32,183 bases of DNA from a virus. Lineage: Duplodnaviria; Caudoviricetes. The notes under the pieces are model-generated. The model saw only the letters and a program-made list of their open reading frames with translations. It ran no database searches and was not told the origin of the DNA. Each line of letters begins with the position of its first letter. The stretch's first letter is position 1. A program made the translations under genes and the position numbers. The stretch spans positions 1 to 32,183 of the IMG/VR virus record IMGVR_UViG_3300011335_000411; one strand, 5' to 3'. This document shows, piece by piece, positions 8,199-17,862 of this stretch.

Positions 8199-8694
8199 AT
8201 TACAACTAGAGTTAAACAAGTTTAGGGACTATGTAATTAGTCAAGCTAAAGCAAACCTTACAAGACAAGGTAAAAACGTGTCTAAGGGATTGTATAACTC
8301 TATTAAAGGTAATGTCAAAGCTAATCCTAATTCATTCGAGATGGAGTTTTCAATGGAAGAGTACGGATTCTATCAGGATAAAGGAGTTTCAGGTATCAAA
8401 AAGAAGTACAACACGGATTACAAGTACACTAACAAGATGCCACCAGCAAAAGCATTTGACAAGTGGGTAGTAAGAAAAGGACTTGCACCTAGAGAAAAGG
8501 GAAAGTTTAAAAACAGAAAGTCTTTGTCGTTTGCTATTGCTCGTTCAATATATAACAAAGGAATCAAACCGAGTTTATTCTTTACTAAACCATTTGATAA
8601 AGCATTTAAGCGTTTACCTGAAGACTTAGTAGAAGCATTCGGACTGGACGCAATAAAATTATTTAATTCAACAACATTTACTAATCAAAAATAG
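8185..8694 (+). CDS. Basic neck/tail-completion protein (HK97 gp10-like)
   Basis: Lys-rich; GLYNSI...YGFYQDKG...MPP...IARSIYNKGIKPSLFF. Confidence 0.6.
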   Translation: MKQTELQLELNKFRDYVISQAKANLTRQGKNVSKGLYNSIKGNVKANPNSFEMEFSMEEYGFYQDKGVSGIKKKYNTDYKYTNKMPPAKAFDKWVVRKGLAPREKGKFKNRKSLSFAIARSIYNKGIKPSLFFTKPFDKAFKRLPEDLVEAFGLDAIKLFNSTTFTNQK

Positions 8695-9741
8695 ATGTCA
8701 ATATTCGCTCGTTCACCATACATCGTAACAATCAACGAAACATCGCAGATTGAAACTAAACTTGAGATATTCCTTTGGAATGGTAATACTGCTCCAATGC
8801 CAAGTTCTCCTGCTTACACGTTAAGCAAGAAAATTCCTTCGACAAGTTCACCTGCGACTTATTACGACATCTCACCTTACATTCGTGAGTTTATCAGTCA
8901 CGATACACTGCAGTCAATCACAACGAGTAATGCTAATACTCCATCAGGTCAATGGTGTTGGGTTGGATTAAAACTTTACAAGAAGATTAGTTCTATATTC
9001 ATTCAGGTAGGAACTACGCAAACACGAAGAGCCTTTGAAGGATTCACATACTACACTGAAGGTTACAATTTTGACTTACCTAGAATCCATCTAGCACAAG
9101 GAACTTACAACTATTACAACGATGGCAGTGGAAACACGGGACACATTACAATCGAAAACATTGTAGGTGATTCTATCAAGTGGACAAACCTAGTAACAGG
9201 AGCATCACAAACTTCATCTCTAGGAACTGCAAACGTACAAGACTACCCAAGAGTTTATTCAACGTATTTAAGTGCAGGAAACCTTGTAGAAATCATTAAT
9301 AGTGGAAGTACAGTATGGAGTGCGACTTTCAGACCTAAAGAAGAGTGTAAATACACGCCTGTAAGATGTGACTTTGTAAATCGTTACGGAGCTTGGCAGA
9401 CTGAGTGGTTCTTCAAGGCATCGAATACTTCTATAAGTATGGAAAACACGGAGTATAACTTAATGCAATCTAGCTATCCAAATTACTCTATTCAGGAAGG
9501 ACAACGCAAAATGTTCAATACTAACTTGAAGCAACAAATCAAGGTAAACACGGATTGGGTAAGTCAAGAATATTCAGAGGTTATCAAAGAACTTATGGCT
9601 AGTGAAAGAATCCTACTAGACAAATCTCCTGTGAAGATAAACACGAAATCAACTGAATTATTCAAGAGCATTAATACTCATATGATTAATTATCAATTAG
9701 ACTTTGAATATGCTTACGATTTAATTAACTCTGTAATCTAA
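8695..9741 (+). CDS. Tail structural protein (distal-tail-like)
   Basis: Position and size; FVNRYGAWQ..F motif. Confidence 0.6.
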   Translation: MSIFARSPYIVTINETSQIETKLEIFLWNGNTAPMPSSPAYTLSKKIPSTSSPATYYDISPYIREFISHDTLQSITTSNANTPSGQWCWVGLKLYKKISSIFIQVGTTQTRRAFEGFTYYTEGYNFDLPRIHLAQGTYNYYNDGSGNTGHITIENIVGDSIKWTNLVTGASQTSSLGTANVQDYPRVYSTYLSAGNLVEIINSGSTVWSATFRPKEECKYTPVRCDFVNRYGAWQTEWFFKASNTSISMENTEYNLMQSSYPNYSIQEGQRKMFNTNLKQQIKVNTDWVSQEYSEVIKELMASERILLDKSPVKINTKSTELFKSINTHMINYQLDFEYAYDLINSVI

Positions 9742-12008
9742 TGAATAGAAAAGTACAAGTATACATCGAAGGACAAAGACTCGAACTATTCAACGATGAA
9801 CAGATTCAGGTAACATCAACTCAACAGAACGTAGCAGACATTTCAAAGACTTACACGGATTTTTCTCAGAGCTTTACTATTCCTGCTTCTACTCATAACA
9901 ATGAAATCTTACAACACTTTTATCAGAGTGATGTAAATGCAACGATTGACCACAATCTCCGCAGAAATGCATTCATTGAAATTGACTTGACTTTCTTCAG
10001 ACGAGGTAAGATTCAAATCGAGAAATCACAACTAAAAAACGGACAAGCAGAAAGCTACACGTTGACATTTTACGGAGAAGGAAAGACATTACTAGACTAC
10101 TTTGGAGAGGACTTGTTATCAGACTTAGATTACACTTCTGTTAATCACACTTACACAGGAGCAGAGGTAAAAACAAGAATTGAAGACAACGCAAACACGT
10201 ATGATGTAAAATATCCTTTGATTAGTTCTAAGCGAGTTTGGACGTATCAAGGAACTCCTCCAACGACGATTTCTCCTGCGTACTATTCAATCCCTACAAA
10301 TAGTGCTAACGACATTCACCAAACTGCAGGACATATTGATTACACGGAGTTATTTCCTGCTTTGCGAGTTAGTAAAATATTCGATGCTATAGAAACCAAA
10401 TACGGAGTTTCATTCAACGGAAACTTCTTGACTGATGACAGGTTTACAAAGTTATTCTTGTGGTATAAAAACAAGAACGATATGCAAGTTCTATCTGAAT
10501 CATATTTAGTAGATATGCAGTCAGTAACTCCTGCGTATATTCAGTACGATTTAACGAACTATTTTGACACTACTTTAGACACATTACACATCACAGAAAT
10601 AACAGGTGTATTAAGTCACCTAATTGAATTAAACGTAACATCTGCATCAACAGGTAATGATTACTATATTGATGTTTACCAAAACGGAAACTTATTAAAC
10701 ACGATTGTAGGAAACGGAACAGGAACTTACACTTGTGATTTCTTTAACCAAACTTCAGGACTTGACGTAACTTATCAATTTAAGTTGAGAGGTGCTACTG
10801 CAATGACATTAGGCACAAACATAAAATACTCAGTTCAGTACATTTCTTCTGGTTCTATTGCAACTGATTACGCAACGTGTTCGAATGCGTCACAAGTAAT
10901 TGTCTTAAACACGGACTTAGCTTCTATGTCGCCTGTAATGAAAATCAGCGAGTTCTTTAGTGGAGTTTTAAAGATGTTCAATATGACTTGTTACGGACTT
11001 GCACAGAATAGCTTTCAAGTTGAGCCATTAGACGATTGGTATTCAGCAGGAGCTATTGTAGACATCTCCAAATACACGGACGTTGATTCTATTGACGTAG
11101 ACAGAATGAAACTTTACAAGAAGATAACGATGAAGTATCAGGATTCGGAATCATTCTTAAACAAACAATTTAGTCAGTTGTTTAATCGTCAGTACGGAAA
11201 CACGAGCTATCAATATAACTACGATGGTGACGAGTTTACTCTAGACGTACCTTTCGAGAATCTTTTACAGACTAAATTTACAGGAACAAATTTACAGGTC
11301 GGTTACTCACTTAATAACGAGTTTGCTCCATACGTTCCTAAACCAATTCTATTATATCAATACGACAATCAAGATGTGGACTTTCACTTTAACAATGGAA
11401 CGTCAACAGGGACAATTCTTAACTACACGCCATTCGGTCAAGACCTATATACGAACTTAACTAACTACACGTTAAACTTCGCTCCTGATATCTCAACGAT
11501 TCTAAACGAACCTGTTCAACAGACGTTATTTGGGACGTATTACTTTTCTTACTTGTACAATCTATACAACTTAAAACAGAGATTAATCAGCGTAAAAACG
11601 ATATTACCAATTGCCTTGCTTACAGGACTACGTTTAAACGATAGATTAGTTATCAGAGATAAACGCTACATCATTAATTCAATGCAATCGAATCTAACAA
11701 CAGGAGAGGTAAACTTTCAGTTGATTCTAGACTTTAGACCTATATCAAATCCTACTCAAAATCCATATGTCGGAGTTGCAGGTGGAGAAGTTCAAATTGC
11801 AATTGATTTTGTTAACGACACTTTTTCAGCGTTTATGAGTTGTACAAATTCAGACGTAACAATCGCACCTGATTACATAGAAGCAAGTCAATTAGTAACC
11901 GTGACTTTACCAGGTGGAACTGCAGGTACTGTTTATCCAGTGGATGTAGAATATACATTGAATAGTGGAATTATAGAAACACGAACCATAAACATAATTC
12001 AAAAATGA
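9741..12008 (+). CDS. Large tail tip / baseplate hub protein
   Basis: 755 aa; SQSFTIPAS..N motif; upstream of the tape measure gene. Confidence 0.65.
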   Translation: MNRKVQVYIEGQRLELFNDEQIQVTSTQQNVADISKTYTDFSQSFTIPASTHNNEILQHFYQSDVNATIDHNLRRNAFIEIDLTFFRRGKIQIEKSQLKNGQAESYTLTFYGEGKTLLDYFGEDLLSDLDYTSVNHTYTGAEVKTRIEDNANTYDVKYPLISSKRVWTYQGTPPTTISPAYYSIPTNSANDIHQTAGHIDYTELFPALRVSKIFDAIETKYGVSFNGNFLTDDRFTKLFLWYKNKNDMQVLSESYLVDMQSVTPAYIQYDLTNYFDTTLDTLHITEITGVLSHLIELNVTSASTGNDYYIDVYQNGNLLNTIVGNGTGTYTCDFFNQTSGLDVTYQFKLRGATAMTLGTNIKYSVQYISSGSIATDYATCSNASQVIVLNTDLASMSPVMKISEFFSGVLKMFNMTCYGLAQNSFQVEPLDDWYSAGAIVDISKYTDVDSIDVDRMKLYKKITMKYQDSESFLNKQFSQLFNRQYGNTSYQYNYDGDEFTLDVPFENLLQTKFTGTNLQVGYSLNNEFAPYVPKPILLYQYDNQDVDFHFNNGTSTGTILNYTPFGQDLYTNLTNYTLNFAPDISTILNEPVQQTLFGTYYFSYLYNLYNLKQRLISVKTILPIALLTGLRLNDRLVIRDKRYIINSMQSNLTTGEVNFQLILDFRPISNPTQNPYVGVAGGEVQIAIDFVNDTFSAFMSCTNSDVTIAPDYIEASQLVTVTLPGGTAGTVYPVDVEYTLNSGIIETRTINIIQK

Positions 12009-12160
12009 TAAAGAACATAATCGCAATGCTTACCATAGATAACTTCTACGGAATATCGGAAAATATAGACATCGCCAAAGGAAAGTATGCATATACTAGG
12101 TCATTCCGTAAAATGACAAGACAAGAAATAAGAAAAAACGCACGTAAAAAAATTAACTGA
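12005..12160 (+). CDS. 51-aa hypothetical protein (MIKNIIAML...IDIAKGKY)
   Basis: Overlaps both neighbours (ATGA and TGATG). Confidence 0.65.
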   Translation: MIKNIIAMLTIDNFYGISENIDIAKGKYAYTRSFRKMTRQEIRKNARKKIN

Positions 12161-13995
12161 TGGCTGAAAAGAAAGTAATAGAATTAGACTTACAAACAAA
12201 CGTAGGTAGCCTTAAAAGCCAATTAAAACAAGCTCAGGCAGAAGTTCAGACGTTAGCAGAAAAGTTTGGTGCAACTTCACGTGAAGCAGTTGAAGCAGCA
12301 AAACAGGCAGCAATCCTTAAAGATAAAATTGGAGATGCTAAATCCTTAACTGATGCGTTTAATCCTGATGCAAAATTTAAGGCTTTATCAGGTTCGTTAA
12401 CAGGAGTTGCAGGTGGTTTCTCTGTTGTTACGGGTGCAATGGGTGCATTTGGAAAGCAAAGCGAAGAAGTAGAACAGGCTTTACTTAAGGTTGAGTCTGC
12501 AATGGCATTAGCATCGGGCGCTCAAGCAGTAGGAGAAAGCATTGATTCATTTAAGCAACTTGGTGCAGTTCTTAAAGCTAATTCCATTATTCAAAAAGGA
12601 GTAAATATTGTTACTGCAGCCTATAATGCTATTATGGCAGCGAATCCTGTTATGGCTATTGTCGCAGGTATAGCAGCTTTAATTGCTATTGGTTATAAGT
12701 TAGTAACAATGTTTCAAGAATCTGCAGAGGCAAACGATGAAGCAGCAGCAGCAACCAAGAGAAACACGAATGCACTAAATCAACAAATAGTAGCAAGTGA
12801 TAAAGCAAGTGAATCATTAAAAACAAGAAATGGTCACGAATATAATATGGCTAAAGCATCTGGTGCAAGTGCTGAGGCATTACGTAAACTCGCTTTAAAA
12901 CACGCAGAAGAAGAAATTGCATTAGAGAAATCTACATTATCAACTGCGAGAAACACGTATGAAAAAGAAAAAAATACTTTAGCTAATTATAAGAATTTAG
13001 GTGTAGCAGATGAGCAAATTGAAAAGCAGCGTGAATTAGTAACAAAATCAAGAGAAGCTCTTAAAGAAGAATACAAAGATTTAAAAGAAGCCTACAAGAA
13101 TAAACAAGACCTTGCGTTACAAAATCAAGTAGAAAGAAAACAAGAGCAAACGGATGCTAAAAAAGATGCTATACAATCTACAAAAGATAAAATAGATGCG
13201 GCTAAAGACCAAGCTGCTAAATTAAAAGAAATTGCCGAGCAAGAAAAAAGTGATAAAATAAAAGCTGAACTGGAAGCGAGATGGGATGAAGAAGAAGCTC
13301 AAAATTTATATACTCAAATTCTGGTTGATGAAGAAAAAAAGAAATTAGATGCAAAAAAGGCAGCGGATGAGGAGTACAGACTTTGGAAAATAGAAGATAA
13401 TAAATTAACAGTTGAAGCAAGAGAATCGCTTAATAAAACTTTAGAGGAATCTGATAAGAAAAGATTAGAGAATGAAAAAGAAATCAGCAAGGCTAAATAT
13501 CAAATGGCTTATGATTCATTATCATTAATATCTCAAGTTACAGAATTATTCGGAAGGAGAAATGAGAAGTCTGCACGTATAGCATTTGGAATTGATAAAG
13601 CCGCAAAAATAGCATCTTCTACCATAGCAACTATTGAAGGAACTATTGAAGCTTGGAAAACTGCACAAAAGTCACCTTACACAGCTATTTTTCCTGGATA
13701 CCCTGCAGTTCAAGCAGGTTTAACTGCAGCATTTGGAGCAGCAGGTATTGCTAAGATTGCTCAAACTAAATTTGGAGGTGGAACTCAATCTGTAGATATT
13801 CCTGGAGTTGGAGGTGGAGGAGGAACAGGTAGTTCCGTTATGTCACCAAACTTTAATATAGTAGGTAACTCAGGAATCAATCAGTTAGCACAACTTCAAC
13901 AACAACCTACGAAGGCTTATGTGGTTTCAGGTGACGTTACAACTGCTCAGTCGCTTGACAGAAACAGAATTGAAAATGCAACATTAGTACAATAA
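12160..13995 (+). CDS. Tape measure protein
   Basis: 611 aa, Ala/Glu/Lys-rich helical coiled coil with hydrophobic ANPVMAIVAGIAAL segments. Confidence 0.85.
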   Translation: MAEKKVIELDLQTNVGSLKSQLKQAQAEVQTLAEKFGATSREAVEAAKQAAILKDKIGDAKSLTDAFNPDAKFKALSGSLTGVAGGFSVVTGAMGAFGKQSEEVEQALLKVESAMALASGAQAVGESIDSFKQLGAVLKANSIIQKGVNIVTAAYNAIMAANPVMAIVAGIAALIAIGYKLVTMFQESAEANDEAAAATKRNTNALNQQIVASDKASESLKTRNGHEYNMAKASGASAEALRKLALKHAEEEIALEKSTLSTARNTYEKEKNTLANYKNLGVADEQIEKQRELVTKSREALKEEYKDLKEAYKNKQDLALQNQVERKQEQTDAKKDAIQSTKDKIDAAKDQAAKLKEIAEQEKSDKIKAELEARWDEEEAQNLYTQILVDEEKKKLDAKKAADEEYRLWKIEDNKLTVEARESLNKTLEESDKKRLENEKEISKAKYQMAYDSLSLISQVTELFGRRNEKSARIAFGIDKAAKIASSTIATIEGTIEAWKTAQKSPYTAIFPGYPAVQAGLTAAFGAAGIAKIAQTKFGGGTQSVDIPGVGGGGGTGSSVMSPNFNIVGNSGINQLAQLQQQPTKAYVVSGDVTTAQSLDRNRIENATLVQ

Positions 13996-14001
13996 ATCGT
14001 T
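13979..14001 (+). promoter_or_regulatory. Putative phage-sigma late promoter
   Basis: CAAC-N15-CGTT before the protease ATG at 14010. Confidence 0.55.
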
Positions 14002-14009
14002 TTTATATT

Positions 14010-14597
14010 ATGAAAATTATCGAATTAATCATAGACTCTAAAGACAAGTTAAGCGGAATTGACGCAGTTTCTGTCGTTCATTCTCCAGCCATAGAGGAAG
14101 ATTTCATTTATCTATCGAAACACGAAGTAGAGTTAAAAGAAATTGATGCAGAGAAACGCATCTTAATGGGTGCTGCTTTAGTTCCAAACAAACACATCCC
14201 CAGACGAGATAAAAAAAACGAAGAGTATTACATCTATTTTTCTGAGGATACAGTACGTCAAGCATCAGAGTTATTCTTAATGAACTCAAACCAAAACAAC
14301 GCTACTTACGAACACGACAAAAAGTTAGACGGAATGTCAGTAGTAGAATCTTGGATTATTGAGGACGAGAAACACGATAAGTCAGTTAAATACGGATTCA
14401 GTCTACCTGTAGGAACTTGGATGATTTCAATGAAGGTAAACAACGATGACGTATGGAAAGACGTAAAAGAAGGAAAAGTAAAAGGATTCTCTATTGAAGG
14501 ATATTTTGCTGACAAGTTAGAAATGTCGCAGATGACTGAAGAGGATATGTTAATTGAAAAAATCAAACAAATAATCATAGAAGATGAGCAAAACTAA
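14010..14597 (+). CDS. Prohead protease (XkdF-like serine protease)
   Basis: ATYEH, VVESW, PVGTWM, GFSIEG motifs. Confidence 0.85.
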   Translation: MKIIELIIDSKDKLSGIDAVSVVHSPAIEEDFIYLSKHEVELKEIDAEKRILMGAALVPNKHIPRRDKKNEEYYIYFSEDTVRQASELFLMNSNQNNATYEHDKKLDGMSVVESWIIEDEKHDKSVKYGFSLPVGTWMISMKVNNDDVWKDVKEGKVKGFSIEGYFADKLEMSQMTEEDMLIEKIKQIIIEDEQN

Positions 14598-14781
14598 AAC
14601 ACCAAGTTATTCAAGTCCAAAAGGTGGACGTAGAGGATGTCTATGCGAAAATGGAAAATACTCCTCTAAATGTTGTGACGGAAGTCTACAAGCACAAGGC
14701 ATAGGGATGACTACAGGAACTGAAAATGTTACGATAACAGTTGATTCAGGAGTAAGAACTACAGTACGTCAGAACGGATAA
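14584..14781 (+). CDS. Small Cys-rich protein
   Basis: GCLCENGKYSSKCCDGSLQAQGIG. Confidence 0.7.
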   Translation: MSKTKTPSYSSPKGGRRGCLCENGKYSSKCCDGSLQAQGIGMTTGTENVTITVDSGVRTTVRQNG

Positions 14782-14786
14782 AAATA

Positions 14787-14810
14787 CAACAGAGATATAA
14801 TTAATACGTT
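14787..14810 (+). promoter_or_regulatory. Putative phage-sigma late promoter
   Basis: CAAC-N16-CGTT upstream of the capsid operon. Confidence 0.55.
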
Positions 14811-14828
14811 AAATTAAAAAAGATAACA

Positions 14829-15218
14829 ATGGGATTAAACGAAGTATTTAGAAAAGTATCAGCAATCAATGAGGTTACTGAGTTAGCAAAACACGAAGTT
14901 GATTTAACTATCGTAGATGATTTTAATAAAGAAGCAGCAATTACTATTCAAGGTGTAAATGCAGGAAATCAACTTGTAGCACAAGCGGGTAAAATATTAA
15001 ATGATGCCGCTTTAAAATACAAAAGCACTATTTCCTCAAATGAAAAAGCAATTCAAACAGGAAATAAAATTATTGCAGATGCAAAAAATTTAGGTATTCC
15101 TGCTCCTACAGTAATTGAATCTACTGTTAAAATGTTACAAACACGTTTAAAAGATTTACAAGGTGCTGCTGACAGAATATCAAAAATGGCAAATAGTTCT
15201 TACGGAATTAATAAATAA
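14829..15218 (+). CDS. Helical protein in the head module (possible internal head protein)
   Basis: ELAKHEVDL motif shared with the protease (LSKHEVEL). Confidence 0.65.
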   Translation: MGLNEVFRKVSAINEVTELAKHEVDLTIVDDFNKEAAITIQGVNAGNQLVAQAGKILNDAALKYKSTISSNEKAIQTGNKIIADAKNLGIPAPTVIESTVKMLQTRLKDLQGAADRISKMANSSYGINK

Positions 15219-15227
15219 AAACGAAAA

Positions 15228-15818
15228 ATGAAAAATAGCACAATTAACAAAATCAAAGCACTTTTAGGAATGGATGTAGCTTTAGAAATGATGAAGTTAG
15301 CAGACGGACAAACAGTTCTTGAAGCAGACGCATTTGAAATGGACAACGAAGTTTTTGTAGTTACAGAAGACGAGCAAAAAATTGCTTTACCTGTAGGTGA
15401 ATATGAACTAGAAAACGGAATGATTCTAGTAGTAGAAGTTGAAGGTATCATCAAAGAAGTCAAAGAAGCACCAATGGAAGAAGAAGTTGCACCTGAAGAA
15501 CAAGCAACTCCTGAAGTACCTGTTGAAGCAACTGAAGAACCATCTGCTTCCCAAGCGAAAAAGACAGTTGAATCTATCGTTAAAGAAACATTCTTTTCAG
15601 AAATCGAAGCATTAAAAACAGAAAACATTGAATTGAAAGCACAATTGGAATTGCTTTCTAAAGTTGACGTAGTTACAGAAGAGGTAACCGAACTTTCAGA
15701 AGAGCCGAAACCTATTATGCACAATCCTGAAAACACGAATCCAGTTGAAACATTCAAGTTTGCTAAAAACAGAGAACGTAACACACTAGATTCAATCTTA
15801 GAAAAATTTAACAAATAA
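15228..15818 (+). CDS. Capsid scaffolding protein
   Basis: Very acidic, with a coiled coil; directly upstream of the major capsid gene. Confidence 0.8.
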   Translation: MKNSTINKIKALLGMDVALEMMKLADGQTVLEADAFEMDNEVFVVTEDEQKIALPVGEYELENGMILVVEVEGIIKEVKEAPMEEEVAPEEQATPEVPVEATEEPSASQAKKTVESIVKETFFSEIEALKTENIELKAQLELLSKVDVVTEEVTELSEEPKPIMHNPENTNPVETFKFAKNRERNTLDSILEKFNK

Positions 15819-15837
15819 TCTTTAAAATTTAAACAAA

Positions 15838-16809
15838 ATGAGTTTACAAAAAACAAACCTTGCTACGACGACCTCGATAAGTACAACGTATGCGGGAGAA
15901 TTTGCGGGTCGTTACATCGCTGCTGCGTTGTTATCTGCACCAACATTGGACAAAGGTGGAATCACTATCGTTCCTAATGTTAAGTACAAACAAGTTATCA
16001 AAAGAGTTGCTACTGACGATATCGTTAAAAACGCAACTTGTGACTTTGATGCTACATCTACAATCACTTTAACTGAGAAAGTTTTACAACCTGAGGAGTT
16101 CCAAGTGAACTTACAATTGTGTAAAAAAGATTTCGTTTCTGATTGGGAAGCAATTTCAATGGGTTACTCAGCATTCGAAGTGATGCCGAAAAACTTCACA
16201 GATTTCTTATTAGCACACGCTGCTGAGAAAGTTGCTGCTGCAATGGAGACATCTATTTGGACAGGAGTTAATGCAACTGCAGGTCAGTTCGCAGGTATTA
16301 TGACTCAATTGACTACAGATGCTGCTTTACCTGCTGCACAAGAAGTTGCTGGTACTACAGTTACTGCTGCTAACGTAATTACTGAGTTAGGTAAAATCGT
16401 TGATGCTTGTCCTGCTGCTATCTACGGAAAAGAAGACTTAATCCTTTACGTTCCTAATAACATCTACCGTGCTTATGTACGTGCTTTGGGTGGATTTGGT
16501 GCTTCTGGATTAGGTGCTAACGGATATGACAATAAAGGAACAAACCAAACTTTAGGTGATGTTTACTTTGATGGTGTTCGTGTATTTATGGCTAACGGAT
16601 TAGCTTCAAACACTGCGTTGTTGACTCAAAAATCAAACTTGTACTTTGCGACAGGATTGTTGAACGATATGAACGAAGTACGTGTTATTGATATGGCTGA
16701 GAACGATGGTTCACAAAACGTACGTGTAGTTATGCGTTTCACTGCAGATGCTAAGTACGGGTTTGCATCAGACGTAGTTACTTACGGAATCACAAACGCT
16801 GCTAACTAA
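15838..16809 (+). CDS. Major capsid protein
   Basis: 323 aa after the scaffold; highly biased codons; followed by a terminator. Confidence 0.85.
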   Translation: MSLQKTNLATTTSISTTYAGEFAGRYIAAALLSAPTLDKGGITIVPNVKYKQVIKRVATDDIVKNATCDFDATSTITLTEKVLQPEEFQVNLQLCKKDFVSDWEAISMGYSAFEVMPKNFTDFLLAHAAEKVAAAMETSIWTGVNATAGQFAGIMTQLTTDAALPAAQEVAGTTVTAANVITELGKIVDACPAAIYGKEDLILYVPNNIYRAYVRALGGFGASGLGANGYDNKGTNQTLGDVYFDGVRVFMANGLASNTALLTQKSNLYFATGLLNDMNEVRVIDMAENDGSQNVRVVMRFTADAKYGFASDVVTYGITNAAN

Positions 16810-16826
16810 AATTAACAGACTTATAG

Positions 16827-16856
16827 AAAGGGGAGGTCAAATGCCTTCCCTTTTTT
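16827..16856 (+). terminator. Intrinsic terminator
   Basis: AAAGGGGAGGT-CAAAT-GCCTTCCCTTTTTT. Confidence 0.85.
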
Positions 16857-16881
16857 GTTTAACTTAAAAAATATATAAAAA

Positions 16882-17442
16882 ATGGCTTGTGATATCGCAA
16901 ACGGAAGATTAGAAGTATGTAAAGACGCAGTAGGTGGAATTGACGCTATCTACTTTATCAATTACGGTGACTATTCTTACCCAACAGACATTACCTATGT
17001 AACAGGTACAGATACAATCGATGCAGTTGCTAACGTAACATCATTGTACAAATACGAATTAAAAGGAACTAACTCTTTTGACCAAGTGATTACTTCTTCT
17101 CGTGAGAACGGAACTTCATTTGTTGAGCAAACTTTGTCAGTTATCCTTAAAAAACAAGATGCTGCTACACACAAAGCAGTTAAATTGCTTTCTTACGGAC
17201 GTCCTAACATCGTAATTAAAAACAGAAACAACCAATTCTTCCTTGCAGGTTTGGAACACGGAATGGAATTAACTACTGCAAACGTAGCTAACGGAACTGC
17301 AATGGGTGACTTAAATGGTTACACGTTAACTTTCGTAGGAACTGAGAAATTATTAGCTAACTTGTTAGACTGTTCATCTGAAGCAGACTTAGCAGGTGGA
17401 GCAGGTGACGTATTCGGAACTGCAACTATCGTTAACTCATAG
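16882..17442 (+). CDS. Major tail tube protein
   Basis: 186 aa, beta-rich; CKDAVGGI...GTAMGDLNGYTLTF; followed by a terminator. Confidence 0.7.
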   Translation: MACDIANGRLEVCKDAVGGIDAIYFINYGDYSYPTDITYVTGTDTIDAVANVTSLYKYELKGTNSFDQVITSSRENGTSFVEQTLSVILKKQDAATHKAVKLLSYGRPNIVIKNRNNQFFLAGLEHGMELTTANVANGTAMGDLNGYTLTFVGTEKLLANLLDCSSEADLAGGAGDVFGTATIVNS

Positions 17443-17464
17443 TATTCTTTTCTCTAGAATTTAG

Positions 17465-17492
17465 AAGGGGTGGCTTAGGTCATCCCTTTTTT
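17465..17492 (+). terminator. Intrinsic terminator
   Basis: AAGGGGTGGC-TTAG-GTCATCCCTTTTTT. Confidence 0.85.
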
Positions 17493-17498
17493 ATTTAA

Positions 17499-17521
17499 AA
17501 CGATTTAATAGTTTATACGTT
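17499..17521 (+). promoter_or_regulatory. Putative phage-sigma late promoter
   Basis: AAC-N16-CGTT between the terminator and ATG 17530. Confidence 0.6.
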
Positions 17522-17529
17522 CTATTAAT

Positions 17530-17862
17530 ATGATAGTATTAAGCACATCTACTTCAGCACAAACCTTTTCGTTTATTCCTCGCTTTGAGAATTACACTAC
17601 GATGGCAATTACGGACGAACAGACGAACGTAACTACAACAGTAAGTATTACAAATTCAACGCAGGGTGGCTATGTAAACACGATTACTGCAACATTTGCT
17701 CTAGTAGAAAACCATACTTACACACTTTTACTATCTAATGGTTCAACTATCTGTTATAAAGACAAGATTTTCTGTACTGACCAATCAATATCGACATTCT
17801 CCGTAAACAACGGAACATATACTTCTAATGCAACCACAAACACTTTCATAGTTTATGAGTGA
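17530..17862 (+). CDS. Virion protein (possible head-closure protein)
   Basis: 110 aa, beta-rich, upstream of the portal gene. Confidence 0.5.
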   Translation: MIVLSTSTSAQTFSFIPRFENYTTMAITDEQTNVTTTVSITNSTQGGYVNTITATFALVENHTYTLLLSNGSTICYKDKIFCTDQSISTFSVNNGTYTSNATTNTFIVYE

